From a virus (Duplodnaviria; Heunggongvirae; Uroviricota; Caudoviricetes), in IMG/VR virus record IMGVR_UViG_3300034082_003579: 64,000 nt of DNA, one strand, 5' to 3'. Below the pieces are notes generated by a model. It saw nothing but the letters and a program-made list of their open reading frames with translations, did no database searches and had not been told where the DNA came from. Made by a program: the position numbers and the translations under genes. Below, one piece after another: positions 25,099 through 37,100 of the stretch (positions are counted from its first letter, which is position 1; the number at the start of each line of letters is the position of its first letter).

Positions 25099-27810
25099 AT
25101 GGCTACATCGCAACCTGTTCCATTTACTCCCAATGCCAACACAGGCACCAATGCCCCTATTAGAAATAACACCAACGTTGCCAGAGACGACAACACAGTA
25201 CCATCTCAGGCAGCTCGTGCCGTACGAGACAGCAATTCAGAAAGAATTATTCCTCAAGACAATATTCTCAGTCAATATGCCTCTTATACCTACAATATCA
25301 GCATTTACATATTGTCGCCCAAGGACTATAATGAAATAGTCCGCACCAAACGATTTAAAATTCCCGGTGCGCAACTGTTGATGAGCAGCGGTGGAGCACC
25401 CAACTCGTCCACAGCAGGTACAGGTACACCCGGTGGCAACACTGGAGTAACTGGCGTATCTACAACTGCTCAAGCTGATGCCACAGCCGGGCGCAATCAA
25501 TTTTTTCCTTTGGATTTTTACATCAACGATGTGAAATTGACTACGCAACAACCTGGGAAAGGAACTAGGAGCCCGCACTCCAACTCATCTCTTAATTTTA
25601 AAATCATCGAACCCAATGGCATCAGTCTGATACCTAACTTACTTGCAGCCACGCAAGCCTACATAGGTAAAGACCAAAGTTATGGTTCACAAAATTATTG
25701 CATGGTGATCAAATTCTACGGATACGACGACACAGGCAAAATGGTTCAAGCACAAGGTCTCAAAACTGGCTCTGGCGCAACTGCAGTAATTGAAAAATGG
25801 ATCCCTTTTCAATTTAGTTCAATCAAGTTTCGCATTGCTAACAAATTAACAGAATACGATTGTTCCGCAGCCTGCGTCTCTAACACTATAGCAACTGGTC
25901 AAATGCGTGGTACAATTCCTTACAACGTAGAAATTAATGCACCAACTTTGAAAGAAATTCTAAGTGGCAACGCCAGCTATAGTACTACAGTGGCACCTCC
26001 AGCCCCTGCACCTACACCCACTGCTGGTGCAACCCCAAAACCGCCACCAAAAGCCACCGCTGCACCTAAGCCTACTATTGTATCTGGGCTGATCGAAGCA
26101 CTGAATCAATATCAGGAACTTCTAACTGGCACTTCTGAAGATGCAGCCGGTCCGGGTGTATTCGAAGTTGCCGATGTGTATGATATTGTTTTTACTGATC
26201 CTGCTTTAGAAAATGCGTCGGTGCTGCCACCTGGTCCTGCACCTAAACCACAAGGTGCAACTGTGCAGCCACAAAACGCCAACCAACAAGTCAATGGCGC
26301 TGTACAAACCGGTGCTGCCAACTCTAAAACTACCAGCGCCACAGCCGGTACCAGCATAATTCAATTTTTAGATCAAACCATACGCAACAGCGACTATATC
26401 TATAATCAACAGTTGAAAATTATCACTATTGATGGAGAAGAAGAAGAACGAAATACTGATAATGGGCAAGGTGTGGATTGGTTTCGGATAGGCGTTAAAG
26501 TCGAACCTATTCAGTATGATGCCAAGCGTAGAGATTATGCTTACAAGATAACCTATGTTGTGGGCCCGTATCGTGTGAACGAAATCAAAGGTCCTTATTT
26601 TCCTTCAACCAAGTTCAAAGGAACACATAAAAAATATCTATACTGGTTTACTGGTCTTAATACAGAGATACTTAGTTTTGAACAAGATTTTAATTATCTC
26701 TATAATGTTGTAATCAACATTGGACAATCAACACCGAGTACCACTTTGAACTTTCGGGAAGAAGCCAAGTACGTTTACCAGCCTCGCAGCAACGAAAGTG
26801 ATCAGGGATTGGCAGGAAAAACCAACGAAGGCGGGGCAAACGCAGCCCAACAGTTATACAGCCCGAGCGATCTGGCCAAGACCAAACTATCAATCTTGGG
26901 AGATCCTGCATGGATACACCAAGGTGAATTTTGGTTTGGTTCAACTGAAGGCACAGGAATTCAAGAACCATTTTTCCCTGACGGTAGTATCAACACCGAA
27001 GTGCAGGAACCTTTGTTTGAAATTGGATTTAATAGTCCAGTAGACTACGATTTACAATCAGGTCGAATGGAAGTTGGCAGCACTGATCTCGGAGCTAACC
27101 GGTATGTCAATGGTGCCATTGGCAATGGGTTGGCCACCTACAGCTTCATTTATCGAGCAGTCAGTGTTGTCAGTACATTTGCCAACGGTAGATTTACTCA
27201 GGATCTTGAAGGTGTATTGATAACATTTCCTCCCAGTGCTATCAAAGACAATACTGGTGATCCTGCTGTTGACTCGCAAAACACAGAAACCGGTGCGGGT
27301 ACCACTAATCCAGGTCAACCTTCGTCGCCAACCACACCACCTGCTCCAGCAAATCCTTCTACACCAGCTCCTGCAGCACCGCCAACGCCACCTACCAGTG
27401 GCGGACAACCAGTAGGCCCAGGCGGAACTACTCAACCGCCTGGCGACTTGTCAAGAGGATATACATTTAGTGAGACAACTTTTAGACAAAAGGATCCTGC
27501 AGGTGCCAAAGCCTACAGCGATTTTCAAAAACAAAAAGAAAACGAAATTTTTGCCACCGAGGTCGCAAGGTTAACAGCACAGGCTCAAAGAAACAATAAC
27601 GGTACAGTAACACCTCGTGAGCGAGAACTTATAGATCAGCAAGCTTTAACCACAGCCCGTCGACTGAGTCAAGATCTTGCAGTAGAAAAATTTTTACCGC
27701 AGATTCAAGCAGCTGGAGCAATTAGCTTTCCGGGAGTCCCAATTAGTCGCGGGACGCAGCCGGGTGCTGCTATACCTCGAACACCACAAATTAGCAGCAG
27801 GGAACCTTAA
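25099..27810 (+). CDS. Baseplate hub-like structural protein (gp27-like position)
   Basis: Located between the gp53-like gene and gp5; ILGDPAWI and F.NG.FTQ.L motifs; Pro-rich linkers. Confidence 0.55.
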   Translation: MATSQPVPFTPNANTGTNAPIRNNTNVARDDNTVPSQAARAVRDSNSERIIPQDNILSQYASYTYNISIYILSPKDYNEIVRTKRFKIPGAQLLMSSGGAPNSSTAGTGTPGGNTGVTGVSTTAQADATAGRNQFFPLDFYINDVKLTTQQPGKGTRSPHSNSSLNFKIIEPNGISLIPNLLAATQAYIGKDQSYGSQNYCMVIKFYGYDDTGKMVQAQGLKTGSGATAVIEKWIPFQFSSIKFRIANKLTEYDCSAACVSNTIATGQMRGTIPYNVEINAPTLKEILSGNASYSTTVAPPAPAPTPTAGATPKPPPKATAAPKPTIVSGLIEALNQYQELLTGTSEDAAGPGVFEVADVYDIVFTDPALENASVLPPGPAPKPQGATVQPQNANQQVNGAVQTGAANSKTTSATAGTSIIQFLDQTIRNSDYIYNQQLKIITIDGEEEERNTDNGQGVDWFRIGVKVEPIQYDAKRRDYAYKITYVVGPYRVNEIKGPYFPSTKFKGTHKKYLYWFTGLNTEILSFEQDFNYLYNVVINIGQSTPSTTLNFREEAKYVYQPRSNESDQGLAGKTNEGGANAAQQLYSPSDLAKTKLSILGDPAWIHQGEFWFGSTEGTGIQEPFFPDGSINTEVQEPLFEIGFNSPVDYDLQSGRMEVGSTDLGANRYVNGAIGNGLATYSFIYRAVSVVSTFANGRFTQDLEGVLITFPPSAIKDNTGDPAVDSQNTETGAGTTNPGQPSSPTTPPAPANPSTPAPAAPPTPPTSGGQPVGPGGTTQPPGDLSRGYTFSETTFRQKDPAGAKAYSDFQKQKENEIFATEVARLTAQAQRNNNGTVTPRERELIDQQALTTARRLSQDLAVEKFLPQIQAAGAISFPGVPISRGTQPGAAIPRTPQISSREP

Positions 27811-30209
27811 TGTCAGATAATATTCAACGCAGTCGTGGCCGTGGTCAAGGTTATAAGTTTGACCGCGGCGGTAACCCCGCAGAATTTGGTCCGTTTATCG
27901 GCGAAGTAAAAAACAATGTGGACAGCAATAGATCTGGTCGTTTACAAGTTTACATTGAACAGTTTGGTGGCGAGGATCCAGATGACACAAGTCTATGGCG
28001 TACAGTTAGTTATGTGCCGCCTTTTTATGGTTCAGTAGCACAGTCAGGCACTGATACTGGTACAGGCGATTACGTTGGCAATACTCAAAGTTACGGCATG
28101 TGGTTTACTCCACCAGATCTTGGTACCCAAGTAATTTGCTTTTTTGTTGCAGGTGATCCCAACCAAGGGTACTACATAGGATGTATTCCAGATCCAGCTG
28201 TTAATCATATGATACCGGCCATCGGCGCTAGCAAGAATTTTGATCTAGGCGACAGCAAAGATAAAAATTATTTCAGCAAGGCCAAACAGCTACCAGTCAC
28301 TGAAATCAACGTAGAAAACGAAGAAATTGATGAGAATCCCAGATTTTACGATCAGAAGAAACCAGTGCATTCATATGTGGCTGGCATCATGCTGCAGCAA
28401 GGACTAATTGACGACACTGTACGTGGCCCTATCACCAGCAATAGTCAACGAGAAAGTCCCAGTTCTGTCTACGGTATCAGTACTCCAGGACGACCAGTTT
28501 ATCAAGCTGGTCTAAACGAAAACAAAGAAAACATTGTCGACAAGACCAATTCCAGCGCCAAGCGATTGGAAGATGTCAAGATTATTAGTCGACGTGGCGG
28601 ACACAGCATTGTGATGGATGACGGAGATCTGCAAGGATTTGACAATCTAATACGCATACGCACCAGCAAGGGTCATCAAATCACTATGAGTGATGACGGC
28701 GACTGCTTTTATATCATACATGCCAACGGGCAAAGTTGGATCGAATTAGGAACAGAAGGCACCTTAGATGTGTATTCTACCAACTCAGTCAACGTGAGAA
28801 CCGAAGGAGATATTAACTTACATGCCGACAAAAACATCAACATGTTTGCCGGTGAAAGTATCAATATCAAAAGCAAAAGTGTAAAAATCAACAGCACAAA
28901 AAATCTTGAGTTAGCAGCCGAAGGCACACTAGCAGCTTACAGCAAAGGCAACTTTGGCGTACTCAGCGACGGTGCTTTGAACATGAAAAGTTCAGGTGGC
29001 GGCTGGGATGCCGGGGGCAGCATGGCTCTCAAAGCCGGAACCATCGATCTCAACGGTGGCGCCAGTCCAGGATCAGTTAGCAAGCCAACAGTGATAGAAG
29101 ATTTAGAATTGCCGGATACCATATTTGAAACTAATGTGGGGTGGAAAGTAGAAGAAGGCAAACTAAAAACTATTGTGACCCGTGCTCCTACACACGAGCC
29201 GTATCCTTATCACAATCGTGGTGTTGAAGTCAAAGTTGCGTTGGATCAAGGCGGACCAGCAGAAGCAGCAGCAGCCGCAGCAGCTCCACCGCCTCCCAGT
29301 ACCGAAGCTGTGGCACAGTTGGCTGATGAACCGGTTACTGTGCCGGTCAACGCTGCACAAGTACTAAAAGAACCACCGGCCACTGTCGATATTCCTGGCT
29401 TGAACTCTAAGGAACTCACTGGCATGATGAGCAGTGCAGCAGCCAGTGTGAATCAACCGTTCAATATATTCAGCGTCGAAAAAGGAATTGGCAAGTATGG
29501 GATTTCGCCAATACAGCTGGAACAGCTGGGATTTGTCAAACCTGGCACAGTTTCGCAGTATCTTGGAAATTCGTCAAGTTTGAATGCATTGCTGACAAGT
29601 CCTACTATTTGGACTGGTAAAAACAATGTCAACGGCATCAACGGAATACTCGGCAATGTAAATTTACAGGGTCTAATGCAACAGGATCTCATGCGTCGCG
29701 GTGCTGCTCAACTGCGAGCATCAGGGGTGCTAAAAGGACTAGAAAAACCATTACAGTTGGCGCCGCTGATACAGTCCACTGTTAAATTTGGACCAGGGGC
29801 AGTTACTGAGTGGGTTAAAGGCAATGCCAACCAAAAGATTGTAAATCAAATCAACAGCTTGTCTAAGAATGCGCAACAGGCTGTCAGCTTGGTTACCAGC
29901 AAGTTAGGACTGGGAAATTTTGGTGGAATCATTGCAGCTATTTTTGGAGCTACTCAAACTGTCAGCCGAAACGGAATCAACTCTGCTGTAGTTTCAGTAA
30001 TTGGCAATCCCAAGGTTCCGCCTCCAGAATTTAAACCCAAAGATCGAACACAAACATTTGATATTAGAGCTGAGCAGCAGGACGCCAGAGTAGCTGCTTA
30101 CGAACAGGCCAAACGAGAAGGCAAATCAGAAGCTGAAGCACAAAATATTTCTGCGAGAGTTGGCAACGAAGTAGGTGCTGCCGCGCTCAGCAGAATTAAT
30201 ATTGTATAA
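27810..30209 (+). CDS. gp5: Baseplate central spike protein (gp5/VgrG-like) with a C-terminal extension
   Basis: OB-fold motifs RSGRLQV, YGMWFTPPDLGTQV and YYIGC; GHSIVMDD/GHQITMSD beta-helix; PTHEPYPYH; GKYG segment in the extension. Confidence 0.85.
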   Translation: MSDNIQRSRGRGQGYKFDRGGNPAEFGPFIGEVKNNVDSNRSGRLQVYIEQFGGEDPDDTSLWRTVSYVPPFYGSVAQSGTDTGTGDYVGNTQSYGMWFTPPDLGTQVICFFVAGDPNQGYYIGCIPDPAVNHMIPAIGASKNFDLGDSKDKNYFSKAKQLPVTEINVENEEIDENPRFYDQKKPVHSYVAGIMLQQGLIDDTVRGPITSNSQRESPSSVYGISTPGRPVYQAGLNENKENIVDKTNSSAKRLEDVKIISRRGGHSIVMDDGDLQGFDNLIRIRTSKGHQITMSDDGDCFYIIHANGQSWIELGTEGTLDVYSTNSVNVRTEGDINLHADKNINMFAGESINIKSKSVKINSTKNLELAAEGTLAAYSKGNFGVLSDGALNMKSSGGGWDAGGSMALKAGTIDLNGGASPGSVSKPTVIEDLELPDTIFETNVGWKVEEGKLKTIVTRAPTHEPYPYHNRGVEVKVALDQGGPAEAAAAAAAPPPPSTEAVAQLADEPVTVPVNAAQVLKEPPATVDIPGLNSKELTGMMSSAAASVNQPFNIFSVEKGIGKYGISPIQLEQLGFVKPGTVSQYLGNSSSLNALLTSPTIWTGKNNVNGINGILGNVNLQGLMQQDLMRRGAAQLRASGVLKGLEKPLQLAPLIQSTVKFGPGAVTEWVKGNANQKIVNQINSLSKNAQQAVSLVTSKLGLGNFGGIIAAIFGATQTVSRNGINSAVVSVIGNPKVPPPEFKPKDRTQTFDIRAEQQDARVAAYEQAKREGKSEAEAQNISARVGNEVGAAALSRINIV

Positions 30210-30214
30210 TGGAT

Positions 30215-30220
30215 TAAATA
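30215..30220 (+). promoter_or_regulatory. Late promoter TAAATA for gp25
   Basis: Followed by 5 nt and then the ATG at 30226. Confidence 0.55.
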
Positions 30221-30225
30221 CGCAC

Positions 30226-30600
30226 ATGACTACTTTTGTTGGATTCAATACAATCAATCAATTTAAAAAATTTACCTTGATAGATTTTGAGTTGGTTAAA
30301 CGCGACTTTGCAAACGCTCTCAACATCAGACAAGGTGAGGTACCGGGCTTGCCTGGCTACGGCACCACATTGTGGAGCTTTGTGTTTGAAAATCAAAGTC
30401 CAGACACTGAAAATGCAATCCTGGCTGAATTACAACGTGTAGCAGCACAAGATCCACGGCTGTATCTTGCCAGTGCCGAAGTATATCCGCAAAACAACGG
30501 CATACGAATAGAAATGCTGGTGCAGGTAGTACCCAGTTCAGTTAACCAATTGCTTGTGCTGTTTTTAGACCAACAATCTCAACGAGCCGGTTATATCTAA
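30226..30600 (+). CDS. gp25: Baseplate wedge protein gp25
   Basis: N.LNIRQGE..G.P.YGT.LW..VFE and DPRL motifs; ATG at 30226. Confidence 0.88.
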   Translation: MTTFVGFNTINQFKKFTLIDFELVKRDFANALNIRQGEVPGLPGYGTTLWSFVFENQSPDTENAILAELQRVAAQDPRLYLASAEVYPQNNGIRIEMLVQVVPSSVNQLLVLFLDQQSQRAGYI

Positions 30601-30622
30601 AACTACCACGTTATTTCTATCG

Positions 30623-30629
30623 ATAAATA
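30623..30629 (+). promoter_or_regulatory. Late promoter ATAAATA for gp6
   Basis: 18 nt upstream of the ATG at 30648. Confidence 0.55.
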
Positions 30630-30647
30630 ACACAACAGTGAGATATT

Positions 30648-33600
30648 ATGGCCAAGACTACCCGGCAAACCGCAATATTTGGAGTTGAAGATTGGAAGCG
30701 TCTGTATCAGACCTACCGAGAAGCTGACTTTCAAAGCTACGATTTTGAAACTTTACGCAAGAGTTTTGTAGATTATCTGCGCTTGTATTACCCAGAAACA
30801 TTCAACGACTACATCGAAAGCTCAGAATTTATTGCTTTACTAGACGTTATGGCGTTTATGGGTCAGGCCTTGGCATTTCGCAATGATCTAAATGCACGTG
30901 AAAACTTTTTAGACACTGCAGAAAGGCGCGATTCAGTGGTGCGTTTAGCCAACTTGGTCAGTTATACACCCAAGCGTAATCAAGCAGCACAGGGATTTTT
31001 AAAAGTATTTTCGGTTACCACAACTGAAGATATTACAGATTTCAACGGCATCAACTTGTCTAATGTCACTGTCAACTGGAATGATCCTACCAACCCCAAC
31101 TGGTTTGAGCAATTTACCTACATTACCAATGCTGCTATGGTTGACAGTCAGAAGTTTGGCCGTCCCGGCAACACACAAAATATCTTAGGTGTACGTACCG
31201 AAGAGTACTCATTGAATTTGGTCCCAGGATTTCTGCCCATTGTTTCTTACAACAGCACAGTCGATGGCGTCAGTATGCCATTTGAAGCAGTCAGTAGCAC
31301 CAGCCAAGGTCGTGACTATGTGTATGAACCTGCTCCCAGACCCAGTGGTATTTTTAATGTGCTGTACCGCAACGATTCTTTGGGATTTGGCAGCGACAAC
31401 ACCGGTTACTTCTTTCTTTTCAAACAAGGCATTTTGCTCAACCAAGATTTTAACCTGGCAGAAGCTATTCCTAACCGTACGGTCAACATCAACATTGAAG
31501 GCGTCAACAACGAAGACTACTGGCTATACAAGCTGGACAACGTTGGTTCGATTGCAAGCGAATGGTTGTATGAAGAAAGCATATATGCCGCTGCAGTTGA
31601 GCAACTAACCCCAGAGCAACGAAAGATTTACAGTATCACCAGTCGTGCCAATGATCAGATTACCCTGACATTTGGTGATGGCGTGTTTGCCGAAGTGCCA
31701 GTTGGCCTGTTCCGCAGCTACGTGCGTTCATCTAACGGATTACAATACATAATCAATCCAGAAGAAATGCAAAGCATTCTGATACCCATTAGCTATATCA
31801 GTCGCTTTGGACGTTTAGAAACCATCACTTTCAACTGTGGAATTACACAGCCAGTATCCAACGCACAACCACGTGAAACCATCGAAGAAATTAAACAACG
31901 TGCTCCAGCCAGATACTACACACAAAATCGCATGGTCAACGGCGAAGATTACAACAACTTTCCTTTTACTCGATACAACAACATTATCAAAAGTAAAGCA
32001 GTGGCACGCAGTGCCACTGGTACCAGTCGATACATTGACTTGACTGATGTAACTGGCAAGTACAGTTCTACCAACATCTTTTCCAGCGACGGCGTTCTTT
32101 ATCGAGAAAATCTACTGCCCAGCTTTGAGTTTGACTGGGTCAATCGCAACGACATTGTGGATATCATCACCAACAACATTGAGCCCTTGCTGAGTTCACG
32201 CAGTATGCTGCAGTTTTACTATGCCAACTTTGAACGTCCAAATCTGGCAATCTTAAATTTGGCCTGGAATCAAAGCACCACATTGGTCAACGAGACCACT
32301 GGTTATTTTTATAACACGTTCAACTCAAATCCTCAAGCCATTGGATTATATGCCAGCAACAATGCACGCTATGTGACACAGGGCAGCCTGGTTAAATTTA
32401 TTCCGCCTGTTGGGTTTTTCTTTGACGCCAACAACAAGTTAGTAGCCGGCACACCTGTCAGAGCTGATGAAAAACTTGAAATTTGGGCCACAGTGTCAGC
32501 AGTGATACTGGATGGTATCAACAATGGTCTAGGCAACTTGCCAGATGGAAACGGGCCAGTAGCTCTGAATACATTTGTACCAGATGGTGCATTAGCGGCC
32601 GAAGTTATTCCTAAATTCATCGACGACCTACCTGGTGCTTTAGAGCAGTCCATGCTACAACAAATTGAGCTGTTTAGAAATTTTGGTATCGGGTACGATA
32701 ACTTGAACAGCACGTGGTATCTAATTACCAGCACCAATCTTGCTGTGGATACTGCATTCAGTCTTGCCAACGCACAAAATACTCAAGGTGTTAATCTTGA
32801 TGCTTCCTGGTTAATAGAATTTGTAACCAACGGTGAAAGTTACACTGTGATATCGCGTGGGTTGGATTATGTTTTTGCCAGTGTCATTGAAACTAGATTT
32901 TTCTTTGACGGCAGTGAAAAAGTCTACGACAGTCGTACAGGACAAATTATCAAAGATTTTGTACGAGTGCTGAAATCCAATAGTCGACCTGACAGCAACT
33001 TGCCCCTGTCAGGTGACATCACAATGGAAATTATTGCACAACCAGTCGAAAGCGACGGATACGTTGACGATTATCAAGTTGTTGTCAGCTATCGAGACAG
33101 CAACGGCGATGGAGTAGCAGATAATCCCGACTTCTTTAATGAAATTGTTGCCCCTACAGTGAATCCAACCAGCAAATTGGTGTTCTTGCAATTGACCACT
33201 GATTTTGACGATACCGAAACTTACTTGCCGGTGGCTGCCGGAGTAATCAACACTTCTTACACCACTAAGGATGCTATTGAACTAGTCAAAACTGAATTTA
33301 TTAACGGCCAACTGTTTTATGCCACACAAGAACAAGACTTTTACGAACTGAGAGTGGAATTGATCAATGGTCTAGTACAGCGTAACTTGATACCACGCCT
33401 GGATTTTATCAGTCGTGTTGGTCGCCAAAGTTTGTATTTTCAGTATCGACACAACAGTCCATTGACCAATGTGATAGATCCTGGCTCAACCAACATTATT
33501 GATTTGTACATAGTGAATCAGGAGTATTACACTGCTTATCAGAACTATATCAAAGATACAACAGGTTCTGTACCTCAACCACAGCCGCCCACTATTGATC

Positions 33601-34112
33601 AGTTGACCGTGGCCTATTCGCAACTGAATGATTACAAAATGATATCTGACAACATTGTTCTCAACAGTGTGATATTCAAGCCCCTGTTTGGAATCAAAGC
33701 TGCTCCGGAACTACGTGCCACTATCAAAGTGGTGCGGGCTCCTAAAACCACTGCCAGCTTGAGCGAAATCAAAAGTCAAGTGATCAGCTCCATCAACAAT
33801 TATTTTACAATTGACAAATGGGACTTTGGCGACAGTTTCTTTTTCAGTGAACTTGCTGCATACCTGCACGAACAGTTGGGTTCTATTATCAGTTCGGTGG
33901 TGTTGGTTCCGTTGAATCCGCTCAAATCCTTTGGTGATCTTTATGAAATTAGATCGGCACCCAATGAAATTTTTGTCAGTGCCGCAACAGTAAATGACAT
34001 TGAAGTCATTGAGGCACTAACACAAAGTAATATACGAAGTCAAACTCCTGTGTCGGGACTTTATCCAGTGTCTGGACCCGGCAGTAGTTTAAGTCAAACA
34101 GGTGAATATTAA
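30648..34112 (+). CDS. gp6: Baseplate wedge protein gp6
   Basis: YDFETLRK, LLDVMAF, RE.FLDTA.RRDSV.RLA, ITLTFGDG.FA and RMVNGEDY motifs; follows gp25. Confidence 0.9.
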   Translation: MAKTTRQTAIFGVEDWKRLYQTYREADFQSYDFETLRKSFVDYLRLYYPETFNDYIESSEFIALLDVMAFMGQALAFRNDLNARENFLDTAERRDSVVRLANLVSYTPKRNQAAQGFLKVFSVTTTEDITDFNGINLSNVTVNWNDPTNPNWFEQFTYITNAAMVDSQKFGRPGNTQNILGVRTEEYSLNLVPGFLPIVSYNSTVDGVSMPFEAVSSTSQGRDYVYEPAPRPSGIFNVLYRNDSLGFGSDNTGYFFLFKQGILLNQDFNLAEAIPNRTVNINIEGVNNEDYWLYKLDNVGSIASEWLYEESIYAAAVEQLTPEQRKIYSITSRANDQITLTFGDGVFAEVPVGLFRSYVRSSNGLQYIINPEEMQSILIPISYISRFGRLETITFNCGITQPVSNAQPRETIEEIKQRAPARYYTQNRMVNGEDYNNFPFTRYNNIIKSKAVARSATGTSRYIDLTDVTGKYSSTNIFSSDGVLYRENLLPSFEFDWVNRNDIVDIITNNIEPLLSSRSMLQFYYANFERPNLAILNLAWNQSTTLVNETTGYFYNTFNSNPQAIGLYASNNARYVTQGSLVKFIPPVGFFFDANNKLVAGTPVRADEKLEIWATVSAVILDGINNGLGNLPDGNGPVALNTFVPDGALAAEVIPKFIDDLPGALEQSMLQQIELFRNFGIGYDNLNSTWYLITSTNLAVDTAFSLANAQNTQGVNLDASWLIEFVTNGESYTVISRGLDYVFASVIETRFFFDGSEKVYDSRTGQIIKDFVRVLKSNSRPDSNLPLSGDITMEIIAQPVESDGYVDDYQVVVSYRDSNGDGVADNPDFFNEIVAPTVNPTSKLVFLQLTTDFDDTETYLPVAAGVINTSYTTKDAIELVKTEFINGQLFYATQEQDFYELRVELINGLVQRNLIPRLDFISRVGRQSLYFQYRHNSPLTNVIDPGSTNIIDLYIVNQEYYTAYQNYIKDTTGSVPQPQPPTIDQLTVAYSQLNDYKMISDNIVLNSVIFKPLFGIKAAPELRATIKVVRAPKTTASLSEIKSQVISSINNYFTIDKWDFGDSFFFSELAAYLHEQLGSIISSVVLVPLNPLKSFGDLYEIRSAPNEIFVSAATVNDIEVIEALTQSNIRSQTPVSGLYPVSGPGSSLSQTGEY

Positions 34113-37100
34113 TGGCCATACCACGTACCGTAGATCTGCTGCCCGAGATTTTTCGTACCGACACTAATCGCAAATTTCTAAATGCCACATTAGATCAGTT
34201 GACACAAGAACCCAATCTCAAACGAACACAGGGTTATGTGGGTCGTCGAGTTGGTCCCGGTGTCAATCCTGCTGACAATTATGTCACAGAACCATCAGCG
34301 GTCAGAACTGATTATCAACTTGAACCCGGGGTTGTGTTTTTAAAGCCCGATACCAGTCAGCCCATTGATGCCATCACCTATCCGGGAATCTTGGATGCAC
34401 TGGACCTGCAAGGCGCCAACACCACTCGAGCAGATCGACTTTTTGACAGTCAGTATTATGCGTGGGATTCTTTTTGCGATCTAGACAAGTTTTCTAATTA
34501 CAGCCAATACTACTGGTTGGCTGGTGGACCTGACTCGGTTGATATTTTTGGAACAGCAGTGGCATTGACAGATGTCTGGGAGATAACACGCGAAGCCAAT
34601 GGTTATATTTTCAGTGACATCGACGGCGAAAACCCTGACATCACATTGGTGCGTGGCGGAAATTATGAGTTTACAGTGAATCAGCCCGGTGCTGGATTCT
34701 GGATTCAAGCTGCCCCAGGTATCAGCGGAACCATGCCTTTTGCGCCCAACATCAGCAGCCGCGGCGTATTGGGAGTAGACAACAATGGAACACAACAAGG
34801 CACAGTTCGTTTCAATGTACCACTAAAAACAGCACAAGATTTTTATTATTCGTTGCCCAGCATTGAAGATGTTGATCTAGTAACCACGCTGAAATTTAAT
34901 CAAATTAACAATGTTTATGTCAGTGAATTTTTAGCACAATATCCCGATGGCATTGATGATATCACCGATCTCGACGGTCGTACCTTGGTATTTTTGAACA
35001 CAACGGCCAACGCCGAATCTGGTGGTTGGCAAATAACCACACAGTTTGATCCGTTACCTCGCACAGACATCGACAATGGCTTGCCCGGCAGCTACGATAC
35101 ATTAACCTATGATCAAACCACAGATTTGCCTGTGAGCGAACGTTATAGTGTTTGGCAAATTCAATACATCGATGATATTGACGGCAATCCATTTATTCGT
35201 CTTAACAGTATTTTACCTGTGGCAAACCTCAGCAAGTTTGCTGTACTGTTTGGCACTGAATATGCCAGTACCCAATGGTATAAAAATGCATCTGGCGTCT
35301 TTGAAGAAATACCTTTGCTGACAGCAGTGCTAGACACCTTGTGGTATCAGGACAGTGTCAATCCCGAATTGTTTGGCAGAATCAAATTGGTCGATTTAGA
35401 TCAAGAACAATTCATCAATATCGACGAAATTATTGGGGCAAAAAATTATACCAGTCCCAATGGAGTGGTGTTTACAAACGGATTAAAAGTACAATTCCGC
35501 GGACTGATTGAGCCAGCACAATTTCAAAATTTAGAATACTATGTGGAAGGAGTAGGTACCGGTCCGGGAATTGATGCTAGGGTAGGGTTTATTGATGGTG
35601 AGGCCTATTTTGGTCCGTTCCATATCTATCAATCTAGAAAGATGACAGGTCCAGTTCACAAGGAAGACGAATTCCAACAGTACATCTACGACACTGTTGA
35701 AGAAAGTGTACTGGCCACTGGCAGTGGTGGCCCAGCCGGAGCTCCGCTACCAACCACTGGCGTGTTTGGAGCCATGATCGGTAACGGTATTAAATTGATA
35801 CCAGTTACAGATTTTATAACTCCTGAAACATATACCATCAGCGAATCAGTTCCGTATGACAGTACCAGTTACGATTCATCTCCGTACGATTCTAATTTGA
35901 ATGAACCGCAAATCCCAGATTACATCACTATCAATCGTGCCAGTGCTGACCGTAATGCGTGGAGTCGCAGCAACCGATGGTTCCACATTGATGTCCTTGC
36001 TGCCACTGCTGAATACAACAATCAAATTTTGAATGTCAACAACAGTCTGCGTGCTAAACGTCCTGTTATTGAATTCCGTGCCAATATAAACTTGTTTAAT
36101 TTTGGCACACAAGGCAAGTCGCCAGTTAACATTGTAGATCTAGAAAATACTGATGCATTCAGCAATATAAACGGAACAGCAGGATACAGCACCGACGGAT
36201 ACACATTCATCAACGGTAGCCGAGTTATTTTTGCTGCTGATGCTGATCCCAATGTTCGTAACCAAATATACGAAGTGCGATTTATTGATCCTGATAACTC
36301 GGGTAATTTGATTATTGATTTAGTGCCAGCATTCAATGGCATAGCCCTGGTCAATCAAACAGTGGTCTGTCTCAGCGGCATACAACAACAAGGAAAAAGT
36401 TTTTGGTTCGACGGAGTAAGTTGGTTACCCGCACAAGAAAAGACCGGAATCAATCAGCCACCACTGTTTGATGTTATTGACAGCAACGGATTTAGTTTTA
36501 GCAATCAAGCAGTTTATCCCAGCAGCACTTTTGCTGGCAGCAAACTGTTTGGCTATGCACAAGGAACAACGCAGATACAAGACATTGTGTTGGGATTTCC
36601 GTTGAGATATCTCAACATTAACAACGTAGGCGATATTGTTTTTGAAAACTATCTGTACACTGAAAAATTTATCTATGTGGAAGATCGAGTAAGTCGCGAG
36701 CAAAATGTCAGCACTGGATTTGTACGTCAGTATATTGATCGAGTATTGTTTAGTGATCTAATAGGTTGGCAATCCAGTCAGTCAAGAAATATCAGTCGCC
36801 AAATATTTAAATTTGAATATGCAGAATTACCGTTGACTTTAGATATTCCTGTCGATGTTGATGCTATTTTTGCGCCATTGCAAATATTTGCCGAAGGTAA
36901 ATTCATTGAGCCCGACACCTACGTTTACGAAATTGTCAACAGCACAACTGTTATAACTCTATTGGAACCACTTCCTATAGGAACTGTAATTGAAGTGCAG
37001 GCCATAAGCAGTGTGGCCAGCAGTGTTGGATATTATCAAGTTCCGTTAAATTTAGAAAATAATCCTCTCAATGAAAACAGCAATGTGTTTACCTTGGGAA

